From: Minisyncoccota bacterium
GTDB taxonomy: Bacteria; Patescibacteriota; Minisyncoccia; Phycocordibacterales; Phycocordibacteraceae
NCBI GenBank assembly: GCA_035531095.1
Contig: DATKTL010000011.1
Coordinates: 1 to 36,160 of the forward strand
Direction: 5' to 3'
Length of the DNA: 36,160 nt
How positions within the stretch are numbered: the stretch's first letter is position 1; each line of letters starts with the position of its first letter. The position numbers and the translations under genes are program-made. Below are positions 16,551 to 23,400 of the stretch, piece by piece. The notes below the pieces were generated by a model. That model was not told the origin of the DNA. It saw only the letters and a program-made list of their open reading frames with translations, and searched no databases.

Positions 16551-16584
16551 AGGGCCCATGGTCGTCAAGACGACCATGGGCCCT
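16551..16584 (+). terminator. Strong hairpin after the orphan gene (terminator-like, weak T-tract)
   Basis: AGGGCCCATGGTCG / TCAAGA / CGACCATGGGCCCT gives a perfect 14-bp stem. Confidence 0.5.
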
Positions 16585-16643
16585 CACTGTGCTCTTTGTG
16601 TGGATAACTCTGAGTGGTATACTTGGCCTATAACCAAACAATC

Positions 16644-16886
16644 ATGGATAAAACCGTCACTATCTACAGCACGCCGACCTGCCACTTCTGCCAGATGACC
16701 AAGGATTTCCTCAAGGACAAAGGCATCGCCTACACCGATTACAATGTCGCGAGCGACCTCGAGAAGCGCCAGGAGATGATCCAGAAGTCAGGCCAGATGG
16801 GCGTGCCGGTCATCTTCGTGGGCGACGAGATGATTATCGGTTTCGATCAGGAGAGGCTCACCTCGACGCTCGGCATCGCGGCGTAG
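16644..16886 (+). CDS. Glutaredoxin-like protein (NrdH/YruB-type), CHFC active site
   Basis: 80 aa with VTIYSTPTCHFCQMTKDFL and GVPVIFVGDEMIIGFD. ATG 16644 is preferred to the GTG 16614 of the track. Confidence 0.8.
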   Translation: MDKTVTIYSTPTCHFCQMTKDFLKDKGIAYTDYNVASDLEKRQEMIQKSGQMGVPVIFVGDEMIIGFDQERLTSTLGIAA

Positions 16887-16897
16887 GGCTTCCAGGC

Positions 16898-16928
16898 AAA
16901 ACGCGCGCGGCTCTGCCGCGCGCGTTTT
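16898..16928 (+). terminator. Rho-independent terminator
   Basis: AAAACGCGCGCGG / CTCTG / CCGCGCGCGTTTT. Confidence 0.75.
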
Positions 16929-16949
16929 GTGCTATCTTTGCCGTATCCC

Positions 16950-17024
16950 GCCCCTTTAGTTCAATGGATAGAACGGCTCACTCCTAACGAGCTGATGTAG
17001 GTTCGATTCCTGCAAGGGGCACCA
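16950..17024 (+). tRNA. tRNA-Arg (anticodon CCT), CCA encoded
   Basis: Acceptor GCCCCTT/AAGGGGC, anticodon loop CTCCTAA, T-arm GTAGG-TTCGATT-CCTGC, 3' ACCA. Confidence 0.88.
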
Positions 17025-17040
17025 ATCGCGTTTCTCGGGA

Positions 17041-17049
17041 TGGTAGAAT
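17041..17049 (+). promoter_or_regulatory. Extended -10 TGgTAGAAT, 9 nt before ATG 17059
   Basis: Read directly. No SD. Confidence 0.5.
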
Positions 17050-17058
17050 ATCCAGCAT

Positions 17059-17340
17059 ATGGACCCCGAACTCAAGAAGGCACTCGACGAGATACATGCG
17101 CTCACGAAAGACAATCACGACATGCTCCGCGCCATACGGCGCGACCAATGGCTCGGCTTCATCGGCCGCGTCATCGTCTGGCTCATCGTGCTCGCTCTCC
17201 CGCTCTACCTCTACCAGCAGTATCTCCAGCCGCTCGTTTCGAAGTTCTCTACGACGCAAGGCGTCTCCACCTCCGGTCTGTTCGGCTTCCCGACGGCCGC
17301 CGAAGTGCAGAAGATACTGAATTCGTTCCAGGGGAAATAA
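17059..17340 (+). CDS. Small membrane protein, hypothetical
   Basis: 93 aa with one central TM helix (LGFIGRVIVWLIVLALPLYLY) and GC3-rich codons. Confidence 0.55.
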   Translation: MDPELKKALDEIHALTKDNHDMLRAIRRDQWLGFIGRVIVWLIVLALPLYLYQQYLQPLVSKFSTTQGVSTSGLFGFPTAAEVQKILNSFQGK

Positions 17341-17351
17341 TCCAGGCGCTT

Positions 17352-17493
17352 GCCCGTACACCAATGTTGCCATCATTGCGTGGGTCTTTTTGATACGATA
17401 TATTGTATTCAAGTACAAACAGTTGTCATATGACGCATCGTGGCATGTGCCCGACGCAATAGGAAAAGACGATGGCAAAATTGGTGTACGGGC
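17352..17493. repeat. Long inverted repeat (23 bp, 1 mismatch) closing a ~142-nt AT-rich structured element
   Basis: GCCCGTACACCAATGTTGCCATC (17352-17374) pairs with GATGGCAAAATTGGTGTACGGGC (17471-17493). An inner extension ATTGCGTGGG / CCCGACGCAAT continues the stem. The 3' arm overlaps the first 2 nt of tRNA-Phe. Confidence 0.6.
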
Positions 17494-17567
17494 TTGGATA
17501 GCTCAGTTGGTAGAGCATTCCCCTGAAGAGGGAAGGGTCCCCAGTTCGAATCTGGGTCCAAGCACCA
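17492..17567 (+). tRNA. tRNA-Phe (anticodon GAA), CCA encoded
   Basis: Acceptor GCTTGGA/TCCAAGC, D-arm GCTC-AGTTGGTA-GAGC, anticodon stem TTCCC/GGGAA with loop CTGAAGA, T-arm CCCAG-TTCGAAT-CTGGG, 3' ACCA. Confidence 0.9.
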
Positions 17568-17570
17568 GAT

Positions 17571-18656
17571 ATGCTGCGAAAGACATTCCTCTGGATGCAG
17601 ACATACGAGCGGCATCTCTCCGCGCTCGCGATGATCGCCGGTTTCATCTCCGACAATCTGCTTTTCAAGCGCGTCGATCTCATCCAGACGCAAGTGCTGT
17701 TCGCGGTCTATACGGCGGCGTGCTTCATCGCGATCCCGCTCCTGCACGCTCTTCAGACCCGCGCGTCGCGCGGCGCTCCTGCGCCGCGCTGGCGCGTCGT
17801 GCTCCCGTTCGTGGCGCAGTTCGCGCTCGGCGGGTTCTGGAGCGGCTTCGTCATCTTCTATGGGCGCTCCGCAGACCTCGGCGCGTCCTGGCCGTTCATC
17901 CTCTTCCTGTTCGCCATACTCGTCGCGAACGAATATTTCCATCACTATCACGATCGGCTCGTCTTCACGAGCGTACTCTTCTTCTTCGCACTCTATTCCT
18001 ATGCGATCTTCGAGGTCCCTCTTTTCACCGGCACGATCGGCACGGGGACATTCCTCCTCTCCGGGCTCGTAGCCGTCGGGGTCTTCGCGCTCTTCACCGT
18101 GCTCCTGCGCGTCGTGGCACGCGAGCGGTTCCTGATGGACGTCTGGCGCATCCGCGCTGGCGCGCTCGTCGTGCTCGCTCTCATGAATCTCTTCTATTTC
18201 ACGAATGTCCTACCGCCCCTGCCGCTTTCAGCGCCCGCCGCCGGCATCTACCACGCCGTCTGGCGCGTACCGGGCGCCTATCTCGCTTTGAGCGAATCAG
18301 AGCCGTGGCCGGTGCGCTATTTCGGCTTATCGCCGACGCTCCACGTCGCCCTCGGTGAATCGCTTTCCGCCTACAGCTCGGTATTCGCGCCGACAGCGCT
18401 CACGACCACGATCGTACATCGGTGGGAATGGTATGATCCGGCTGCGAAACAGTGGGTCGAGAAGGCGGTGATCGCCTACCCGATCGCCGGAGGGCGCGAC
18501 GGCGGCTACCGCGGCTACTCGACGGTCCTTATGAGCGCGGCGGGGCAGTGGCGCGTCGATATCGAGACGATCGACGGTCGTCTCATCTCGCGGTTGCCGT
18601 TTACGGTCGAACAGGTCGCCGTTGCACCGGCGGAAACGACGGTAACACTCCCTTAG
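17571..18656 (+). CDS. Polytopic membrane protein with C-terminal DUF2914-like beta domain
   Basis: 361 aa with ~8 TM helices, then HRWEWYDPAAKQWVEK...GGYRGYS...GQWRVDIET.DGRLI, which resembles DUF2914. The ATG lies 3 nt after the tRNA-Phe CCA. Confidence 0.7.
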   Translation: MLRKTFLWMQTYERHLSALAMIAGFISDNLLFKRVDLIQTQVLFAVYTAACFIAIPLLHALQTRASRGAPAPRWRVVLPFVAQFALGGFWSGFVIFYGRSADLGASWPFILFLFAILVANEYFHHYHDRLVFTSVLFFFALYSYAIFEVPLFTGTIGTGTFLLSGLVAVGVFALFTVLLRVVARERFLMDVWRIRAGALVVLALMNLFYFTNVLPPLPLSAPAAGIYHAVWRVPGAYLALSESEPWPVRYFGLSPTLHVALGESLSAYSSVFAPTALTTTIVHRWEWYDPAAKQWVEKAVIAYPIAGGRDGGYRGYSTVLMSAAGQWRVDIETIDGRLISRLPFTVEQVAVAPAETTVTLP

Positions 18657-19159
18657 CCGGCCTTCACGCGGAGCTTCGTCTGCTTCGCCTTGTCGAGTTT
18701 CGGTAAGATGACGGTGAGGAGACCGTCCTTGGCGTTCGCCGTGGACGCCTCGACGTCGACTTCTTGCGGGAGGAGGATCGTACGCGAGAACGAGCCCCAG
18801 AAGAGCTCGCGTGAGAAATAGTCGGGCCCGGAGACTTGTTCGCGCTCAGAACGGGTGCCCTCGATCTCGACCATGTCGCGGCTTATAGAAATGTTGAGCT
18901 CGTCAGGGCGCACGCCCGCGACGAAGGCGCGGATGATGATCTCGCTCGGGGTCTGGTGCACGTCGACGGGGAGCTGGCCTTCGCCCTTCGAAAGAGAGTC
19001 GTCCTCGAGGAGTGACGGGCGGGCGGCTTCGCTCGAGCGATCACGCGGCTCGGTACGGCCGGGCATCGTCGCCATCGGCAGGTCGTCATCGAAATCGAAC
19101 GAATCTTCAGTCGGGGCGGTGCCGGAAAGGCGTTCAAAGAACGAGCGCTTCATAGTCAT
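18653..19159 (-). CDS. Hsp20/alpha-crystallin family small heat-shock protein
   Basis: 168 aa with an alpha-crystallin domain (PVDVHQT...IIIRAFVAGV..DELNISI....VEIEG, F.R.ILLP..VD......A..KDGLLTVILPK). Confidence 0.9.
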   Translation of the reverse strand: MTMKRSFFERLSGTAPTEDSFDFDDDLPMATMPGRTEPRDRSSEAARPSLLEDDSLSKGEGQLPVDVHQTPSEIIIRAFVAGVRPDELNISISRDMVEIEGTRSEREQVSGPDYFSRELFWGSFSRTILLPQEVDVEASTANAKDGLLTVILPKLDKAKQTKLRVKAG

Positions 19160-19170
19160 GTCAGTAAGGA

Positions 19171-19866
19171 TTAAGAGAGGAGGTTACGAGATTGGAAATA
19201 TTTCAGCACTTCGAAAGCCGCGAAGAACACCACGGCGGCGGTCCATATCAGGAAGACCGCAGCGAGCGTGGTCGAAGTGCCTTGGCTAATGATAAGCGCG
19301 TTGAAGGTAGTGTGCAATGCTATGGCGAGGATAAGTCCCCCGGACGCGGCCGCTACGCGTATGGCCGGGCGGCTTTCGTGTGAGAAGGCGAGCGCGAATC
19401 CGATCGCGGAGGAAGCGAAGACATGGAGGAGCGTGGAGCCGATGAAGCGCACGTCGCCGGTGAAGATGCTGGAAGCGACGTGGCCGTCGGCGATAGGCGC
19501 GATGAGGAAGAGCATGTTCTCGGCAGCGGCGAAACCGAGCGCCACGGTAATCATGTAGATGACATAATCAGGCGCTTCATCGACGACCGGCCGCCAAAGG
19601 ATGAATACGGCGGCCATAAGGTATTTGAGGGTTTCCTCGATGAGCGCCCATGAAGCAAGGACTGGCATATCGCCCTGGAGGGCCGCTTTCGCGTACTGCT
19701 CGAGCGGGATGGCGAGCGGCACGGCCGCGATGCCGGCAACGAAGGCGAGCGCGATCATCGTCTTCGGCTCCGGGTGCTTCGCGTCTTCCTGCAATAGGAA
19801 GTAGAGCCAGATGAAGGCCGGCAGGAGACCGCCGATAAACGCGTAGCCGAGCGTGGTGAGAGTCAC
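19171..19866 (-). CDS. prsW: PrsW-family intramembrane glutamic/metalloprotease
   Basis: 231 aa with ~7 TM helices and motifs EETLKY, FAAAENMLF and LHTTFNAL, characteristic of PrsW. GTG start. Confidence 0.8.
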   Translation of the reverse strand: MTLTTLGYAFIGGLLPAFIWLYFLLQEDAKHPEPKTMIALAFVAGIAAVPLAIPLEQYAKAALQGDMPVLASWALIEETLKYLMAAVFILWRPVVDEAPDYVIYMITVALGFAAAENMLFLIAPIADGHVASSIFTGDVRFIGSTLLHVFASSAIGFALAFSHESRPAIRVAAASGGLILAIALHTTFNALIISQGTSTTLAAVFLIWTAAVVFFAAFEVLKYFQSRNLLS

Positions 19867-19873
19867 GTGAATA

Positions 19874-19882
19874 AGTATAACA
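19874..19882 (-). promoter_or_regulatory. Extended -10 TGtTATACT, 7 nt before the prsW GTG
   Basis: Reverse complement of 19874-19882. Confidence 0.45.
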
Positions 19883-19904
19883 GCCTTCTTTCCGTCCTAA
19901 CGGT

Positions 19905-22082
19905 TCAGCTCGGCCATCTCGCGACCATGAGGAACTTTGCGTCCCGAGTCGGCATGGATTGCCAGATCTCTTCGGTGACGAACGGCATGAAGGGGTGGAG
20001 GAGGCGGAGCGTGCGGTCGAGGATATCCATGAGAAGCGCTCGGCGCGATGCTTTCGCTTCGGCGTCGCTCCCGGCGAAAATAGGCTTCGACTCCTCGAGA
20101 ATCTTGTCGGCGAGCTCATGCCATGCGTAGTGGTAGAGCTTCTCAGCGGCGAGGTAGATGCGGTATTCTTCGATATCGGTCGTGACTTCTTTTGTGAGTT
20201 TTTCGAATTCCTCCAAGAGTTCACGCTCCCGAGGGAGAAAAAGGGTGCGCTCCGGGCCGCTAGGCCAAGTCTTACCCCCTTCTTCTCCCTCAGAAGCGTT
20301 CTCCAGTATGAAACGCGCGATGTTCCAGAGCTTGTTCGCGAAGTGCTTATAGCCTTTCACTTTGTCCTCGCTGATGCGCATGTCGGTGCCCGGCGTGTTG
20401 CCGACGATGAGCGCCATGCGGGCCGCGTCCGCGCCGAATTTCGCCGCGACGTCGAGCGGGTCCATGTTGTTGCCGAGCGACTTGCTCATCTTGCGGCCCT
20501 GCGCATCGCGCACGAGGCCGTGGAGATAGATGGTCTTGAAAGGGATGGTGCCGAGCGTGAATTCGGTCATGAGAATCATGCGGGCGATCCAGAAGAAGAG
20601 GATGTCGTAGCCGGTCTCGATGAGATCGGTCGGGTGGTAGGTCTTGAAGTCTGCCGTCTGCTCCGGCCAGCCGAGCGTCGAGAAGGTCCAGAGTCCCGAA
20701 GAGAACCAGGTGTCGAGCGTGTCCTCGTCCTGCGTCCAGCCTTCATCCGTCGGCGCTTCGCCGACCGTGATCTCTTCGCCCTTGTACCAGACCGGCACGC
20801 GGTGCCCGTACCAGATCTGCCGACTGATGCACCAGTCGTGCAGGTTCTCGATCCAGTGGAAGTACGCCTTCTCGAAATAGTCCGGGATGATGGCGATCTC
20901 TCCGCCGCGTACCGCCTCGAGCATGAGCTCCTTGAGCGTCTTGCCGCGGCCGGGGACTTCCTTGTTCACCTCGATCCACCACTGCAGCTTCGGCAGAGGC
21001 TCGATGATGCCGCCGGTGCGCTCGGCGGTGGAGACGTTCTGCGTGATGTCCTCCACCTTCTCCAGAAGTCCTTCGCTCGTGAGCCATTCGACGACGATAT
21101 CGCGCGCTTCGGTCGTCTTCTTCCCCTCGAGGCGGCCGGGGACGGCCATCTTGGCGTATTCATTGATGACGATGACCTCGTGCGAGAGCTCGTGGCGGTC
21201 GGCGATCTCCCAGTCGATCTGGCTGTGCGCCGGCGTGAGGCCGACGGCGCCCGTGCCGAAGGCGGGGTCGACTTCTTTGTCGGCGACTATCTTGATGTGG
21301 ATGGGCACGTCACAGAAGACCGCGTCGTACTCCTTGCCGATGAATGCTTTATAGCGAGCATCGTCCGGGTGGACCGCGACGCCCACGTCGCCGACTTTCG
21401 TCTCGGGGCGCGTCGTAGCGATCGGGATGGGGAAGTCTTTGCTATAGCGGAAGGTGTAGAGCTTCGCCGGGCGCTCCTCATAGACGATCTCGTCGTCGGA
21501 GATGGTCGTCTGACCCTTCGGGTCCCAGTTCACGATGCGATTGCCGCGGTAGATGAGGCCGGCGTCGTACATCATCTTGAAAACGGTGCGGACCGCGCGG
21601 CTGCGCGTCTCGTCGAGCGTGAACGCCTCGCGCGACCAGTCGAGCGACGCGCCCATCGTCTTCAGTTGGCCGATGATAGTATCGTGGCTCTCTGCAGCGA
21701 ACGCTTCGACGCGCTTCATGAGCTCGTCGCGACCGAGGTCGTGGCGTCCCTTGCCTTCGTCTTTCTTGATCTGCTTCTCGACGACCGACTGTGTCGCGAT
21801 GGCAGCGTGGTCGGTGCCGGGCACCCAGAGCGTGCGGAAGCCGCGCATGCGCTTGTAGCGCACGAGGGAATCCTCGATGGCGAGCATGAGCGCGTGGCCC
21901 ATGTGGAGCCGGCCGGTGACGTTCGGCGGCGGGAGGACGATGGAATAGGCCGGTGCATCTGCTCTCGTCGCGCCCTGTGCGATGCACTCGTCCGGATTAA
22001 AAAGGCCGCTCTTCTCCCAGTCGGCGTAGATGCGGCTCTCGGTCTCTTGAGCGTTATAGGGCTTCAGGAATTTAGGATCCAT
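19905..22082 (-). CDS. valS: Valine--tRNA ligase (short form, 725 aa)
   Basis: PPPNVTGRLHMGHAL (HIGH), TTRPETKVGDVGVAVHPDD (CP1 editing), KMSKSLGN. It ends right after the anticodon-binding-domain block LHPFMPFVTEEIWQ. Confidence 0.95.
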   Translation of the reverse strand: MDPKFLKPYNAQETESRIYADWEKSGLFNPDECIAQGATRADAPAYSIVLPPPNVTGRLHMGHALMLAIEDSLVRYKRMRGFRTLWVPGTDHAAIATQSVVEKQIKKDEGKGRHDLGRDELMKRVEAFAAESHDTIIGQLKTMGASLDWSREAFTLDETRSRAVRTVFKMMYDAGLIYRGNRIVNWDPKGQTTISDDEIVYEERPAKLYTFRYSKDFPIPIATTRPETKVGDVGVAVHPDDARYKAFIGKEYDAVFCDVPIHIKIVADKEVDPAFGTGAVGLTPAHSQIDWEIADRHELSHEVIVINEYAKMAVPGRLEGKKTTEARDIVVEWLTSEGLLEKVEDITQNVSTAERTGGIIEPLPKLQWWIEVNKEVPGRGKTLKELMLEAVRGGEIAIIPDYFEKAYFHWIENLHDWCISRQIWYGHRVPVWYKGEEITVGEAPTDEGWTQDEDTLDTWFSSGLWTFSTLGWPEQTADFKTYHPTDLIETGYDILFFWIARMILMTEFTLGTIPFKTIYLHGLVRDAQGRKMSKSLGNNMDPLDVAAKFGADAARMALIVGNTPGTDMRISEDKVKGYKHFANKLWNIARFILENASEGEEGGKTWPSGPERTLFLPRERELLEEFEKLTKEVTTDIEEYRIYLAAEKLYHYAWHELADKILEESKPIFAGSDAEAKASRRALLMDILDRTLRLLHPFMPFVTEEIWQSMPTRDAKFLMVARWPS

Positions 22083-22091
22083 TGCCTCTGA

Positions 22092-22100
22092 AATATAGCA
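22092..22100 (-). promoter_or_regulatory. Extended -10 TGcTATATT, 9 nt before the valS ATG
   Basis: Reverse complement of 22092-22100, in the 29-nt tsaD-valS gap. Confidence 0.45.
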
Positions 22101-22111
22101 AATACAGGGGA

Positions 22112-23302
22112 TTACGCGAGCGAACGGTTACCGGAAGCGGCGAGATCGGCGGGGGCGACCTCGTCGCGGAGCGCGCGATAGAAGCCGGCGAGAGCGATCA
22201 TGATGGCGTTGTCGGTCGTAAGGGCTGCCGACGGGATGCGAAGCGCGACGTTCGGATACTCTTCCTTCATCTTCACGGCGAAGGTGCGGCGGATATGCGT
22301 ATTGGCCGAGACGCCGCCGCCGAGCACGAGGGTCTGCGCACCGGTCTGCTCGAGCGCCCGGGCGGTCTTCTTAGAGAGTACGTCGGTCACGGCGTTCTCG
22401 AATTCGTGCGCGAGGTGCTGTTTCTCGCGTTCGCTCATGTCAGGATTCTTCTTCAGAAGATACAGCACGGCAGTCTTGAGCCCCGAGAAGGAGAAGTCGC
22501 AGGTCGCGTCGTTCAGCATCGGCCGCGGCAGCTCGAACTTTGAAACCGGACTTCCGAGTTCGGAAGAATTTCTGACAAGCTCGGCGAGGCGCGAGATCTC
22601 CGGGCCGCCGGGGTACGGGAGGCCGAGCATGCGGGCGACCTTGTCGAAAGCTTCGCCGACCGCGTCGTCCTTCGTCTGCCCGATGAGCTCATACTCGAGC
22701 CACTCCTTCATCAGTACGAGTTCGGTGTGGCCGCCGGAGATGAGGAGGGCGAGTACCGGCAGCTTTACGTCCTTAATATGCAGAAGGACACCTTCTGCAT
22801 CATTCGTCGCAAGCGCCGCCATGATATGGCCCTCCATGTGATTCACCGCAACGAGCGGTTTGCTCCAGAGAAGAGCGAGCGCTTTGGCGAAGTTGATGCC
22901 GACCCAGAGCGCCGGCTCGAGGCCGGGGCCGGCTGTGACGGCGATGGCATCGATAGCGGGCGGCTCGCACTCGGAGACGAAGTCGAAGAAGGCTTCGGCG
23001 AGACCGGGTTCGCGCGACAAGATCGCAGCGATTTTGTCGCGCGTCTCTTCCGGTATCGCCTGAGTATCTTCGTGGAGGAGTTCAGCTTCTTCGAGTGCGG
23101 CCTCGAGGAGCGGGACGAGATTCTTCGCATGCTCGCGCTTGGCGAGGGCAGGGAAGACGCCGCCGTATTCCCGGTGAATATCGATCTGCGAGAGGAGGGC
23201 GTTCCCGAGCACGGTGAACGACGCGCTCTGTTCATCGCCGTGCGCCTCGACGATCGCGATCGCGGTCTCATCACACGACGTTTCTATGGCCAATACTTTC
23301 AT
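22112..23302 (-). CDS. tsaD: tRNA N6-adenosine threonylcarbamoyltransferase TsaD
   Basis: MKVLAIETSCDETAIAIV, GGVFPALAKREH, AVTAGPGLEPALWVG, LISGGHTEL, GGGVSAN. It is ~55 aa longer than typical TsaD. Confidence 0.95.
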   Translation of the reverse strand: MKVLAIETSCDETAIAIVEAHGDEQSASFTVLGNALLSQIDIHREYGGVFPALAKREHAKNLVPLLEAALEEAELLHEDTQAIPEETRDKIAAILSREPGLAEAFFDFVSECEPPAIDAIAVTAGPGLEPALWVGINFAKALALLWSKPLVAVNHMEGHIMAALATNDAEGVLLHIKDVKLPVLALLISGGHTELVLMKEWLEYELIGQTKDDAVGEAFDKVARMLGLPYPGGPEISRLAELVRNSSELGSPVSKFELPRPMLNDATCDFSFSGLKTAVLYLLKKNPDMSEREKQHLAHEFENAVTDVLSKKTARALEQTGAQTLVLGGGVSANTHIRRTFAVKMKEEYPNVALRIPSAALTTDNAIMIALAGFYRALRDEVAPADLAASGNRSLA

Positions 23303-23379
23303 AAGAAGGAGGTCCTTGCCCCGTAGCCAACCGAGTGGAACGAGGTTGTGGTACCGGGGTCGATCGCGAGGATTTTCAT
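23299..23379 (-). CDS. Candidate 26-codon leaderless upstream ORF (MKILAIDPGTTTSFHSVGYGARTSFL), coupled to tsaD by an ATGA overlap
   Basis: The ATG lies 9 nt after a TATACT -10. About 19 of 25 third positions are G/C. Its TGA stop overlaps the tsaD ATG. It may be real or a relic. Confidence 0.35.
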   Translation of the reverse strand: MKILAIDPGTTTSFHSVGYGARTSFL

Positions 23380-23384
23380 AATGA

Positions 23385-23394
23385 TGGTAGTATA
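23385..23394. promoter_or_regulatory. Symmetric bidirectional -10: TGgTAGTAT (plus, orn) overlapping TATACT (minus, uORF/tsaD)
   Basis: The two hexamers occupy 23388-23393 (+) and 23394-23389 (-). Predicted TSSs are about 18 bp apart and diverge. Confidence 0.5.
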
Positions 23395-23400
23395 CCCCGT

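Noticed and set aside
17390-18358. 322-aa plus-strand ORF in another frame of the DUF2914 gene, running through tRNA-Phe
   Set aside because: It is Arg/Ala/Pro-rich and overlaps a tRNA gene. The frame starting at 17571 gives a coherent multi-TM protein.
19959-22091. 710-aa plus-strand ORF
   Set aside because: It is antisense to valS, which carries unmistakable HIGH, KMSKS and editing motifs. This is a shadow ORF.
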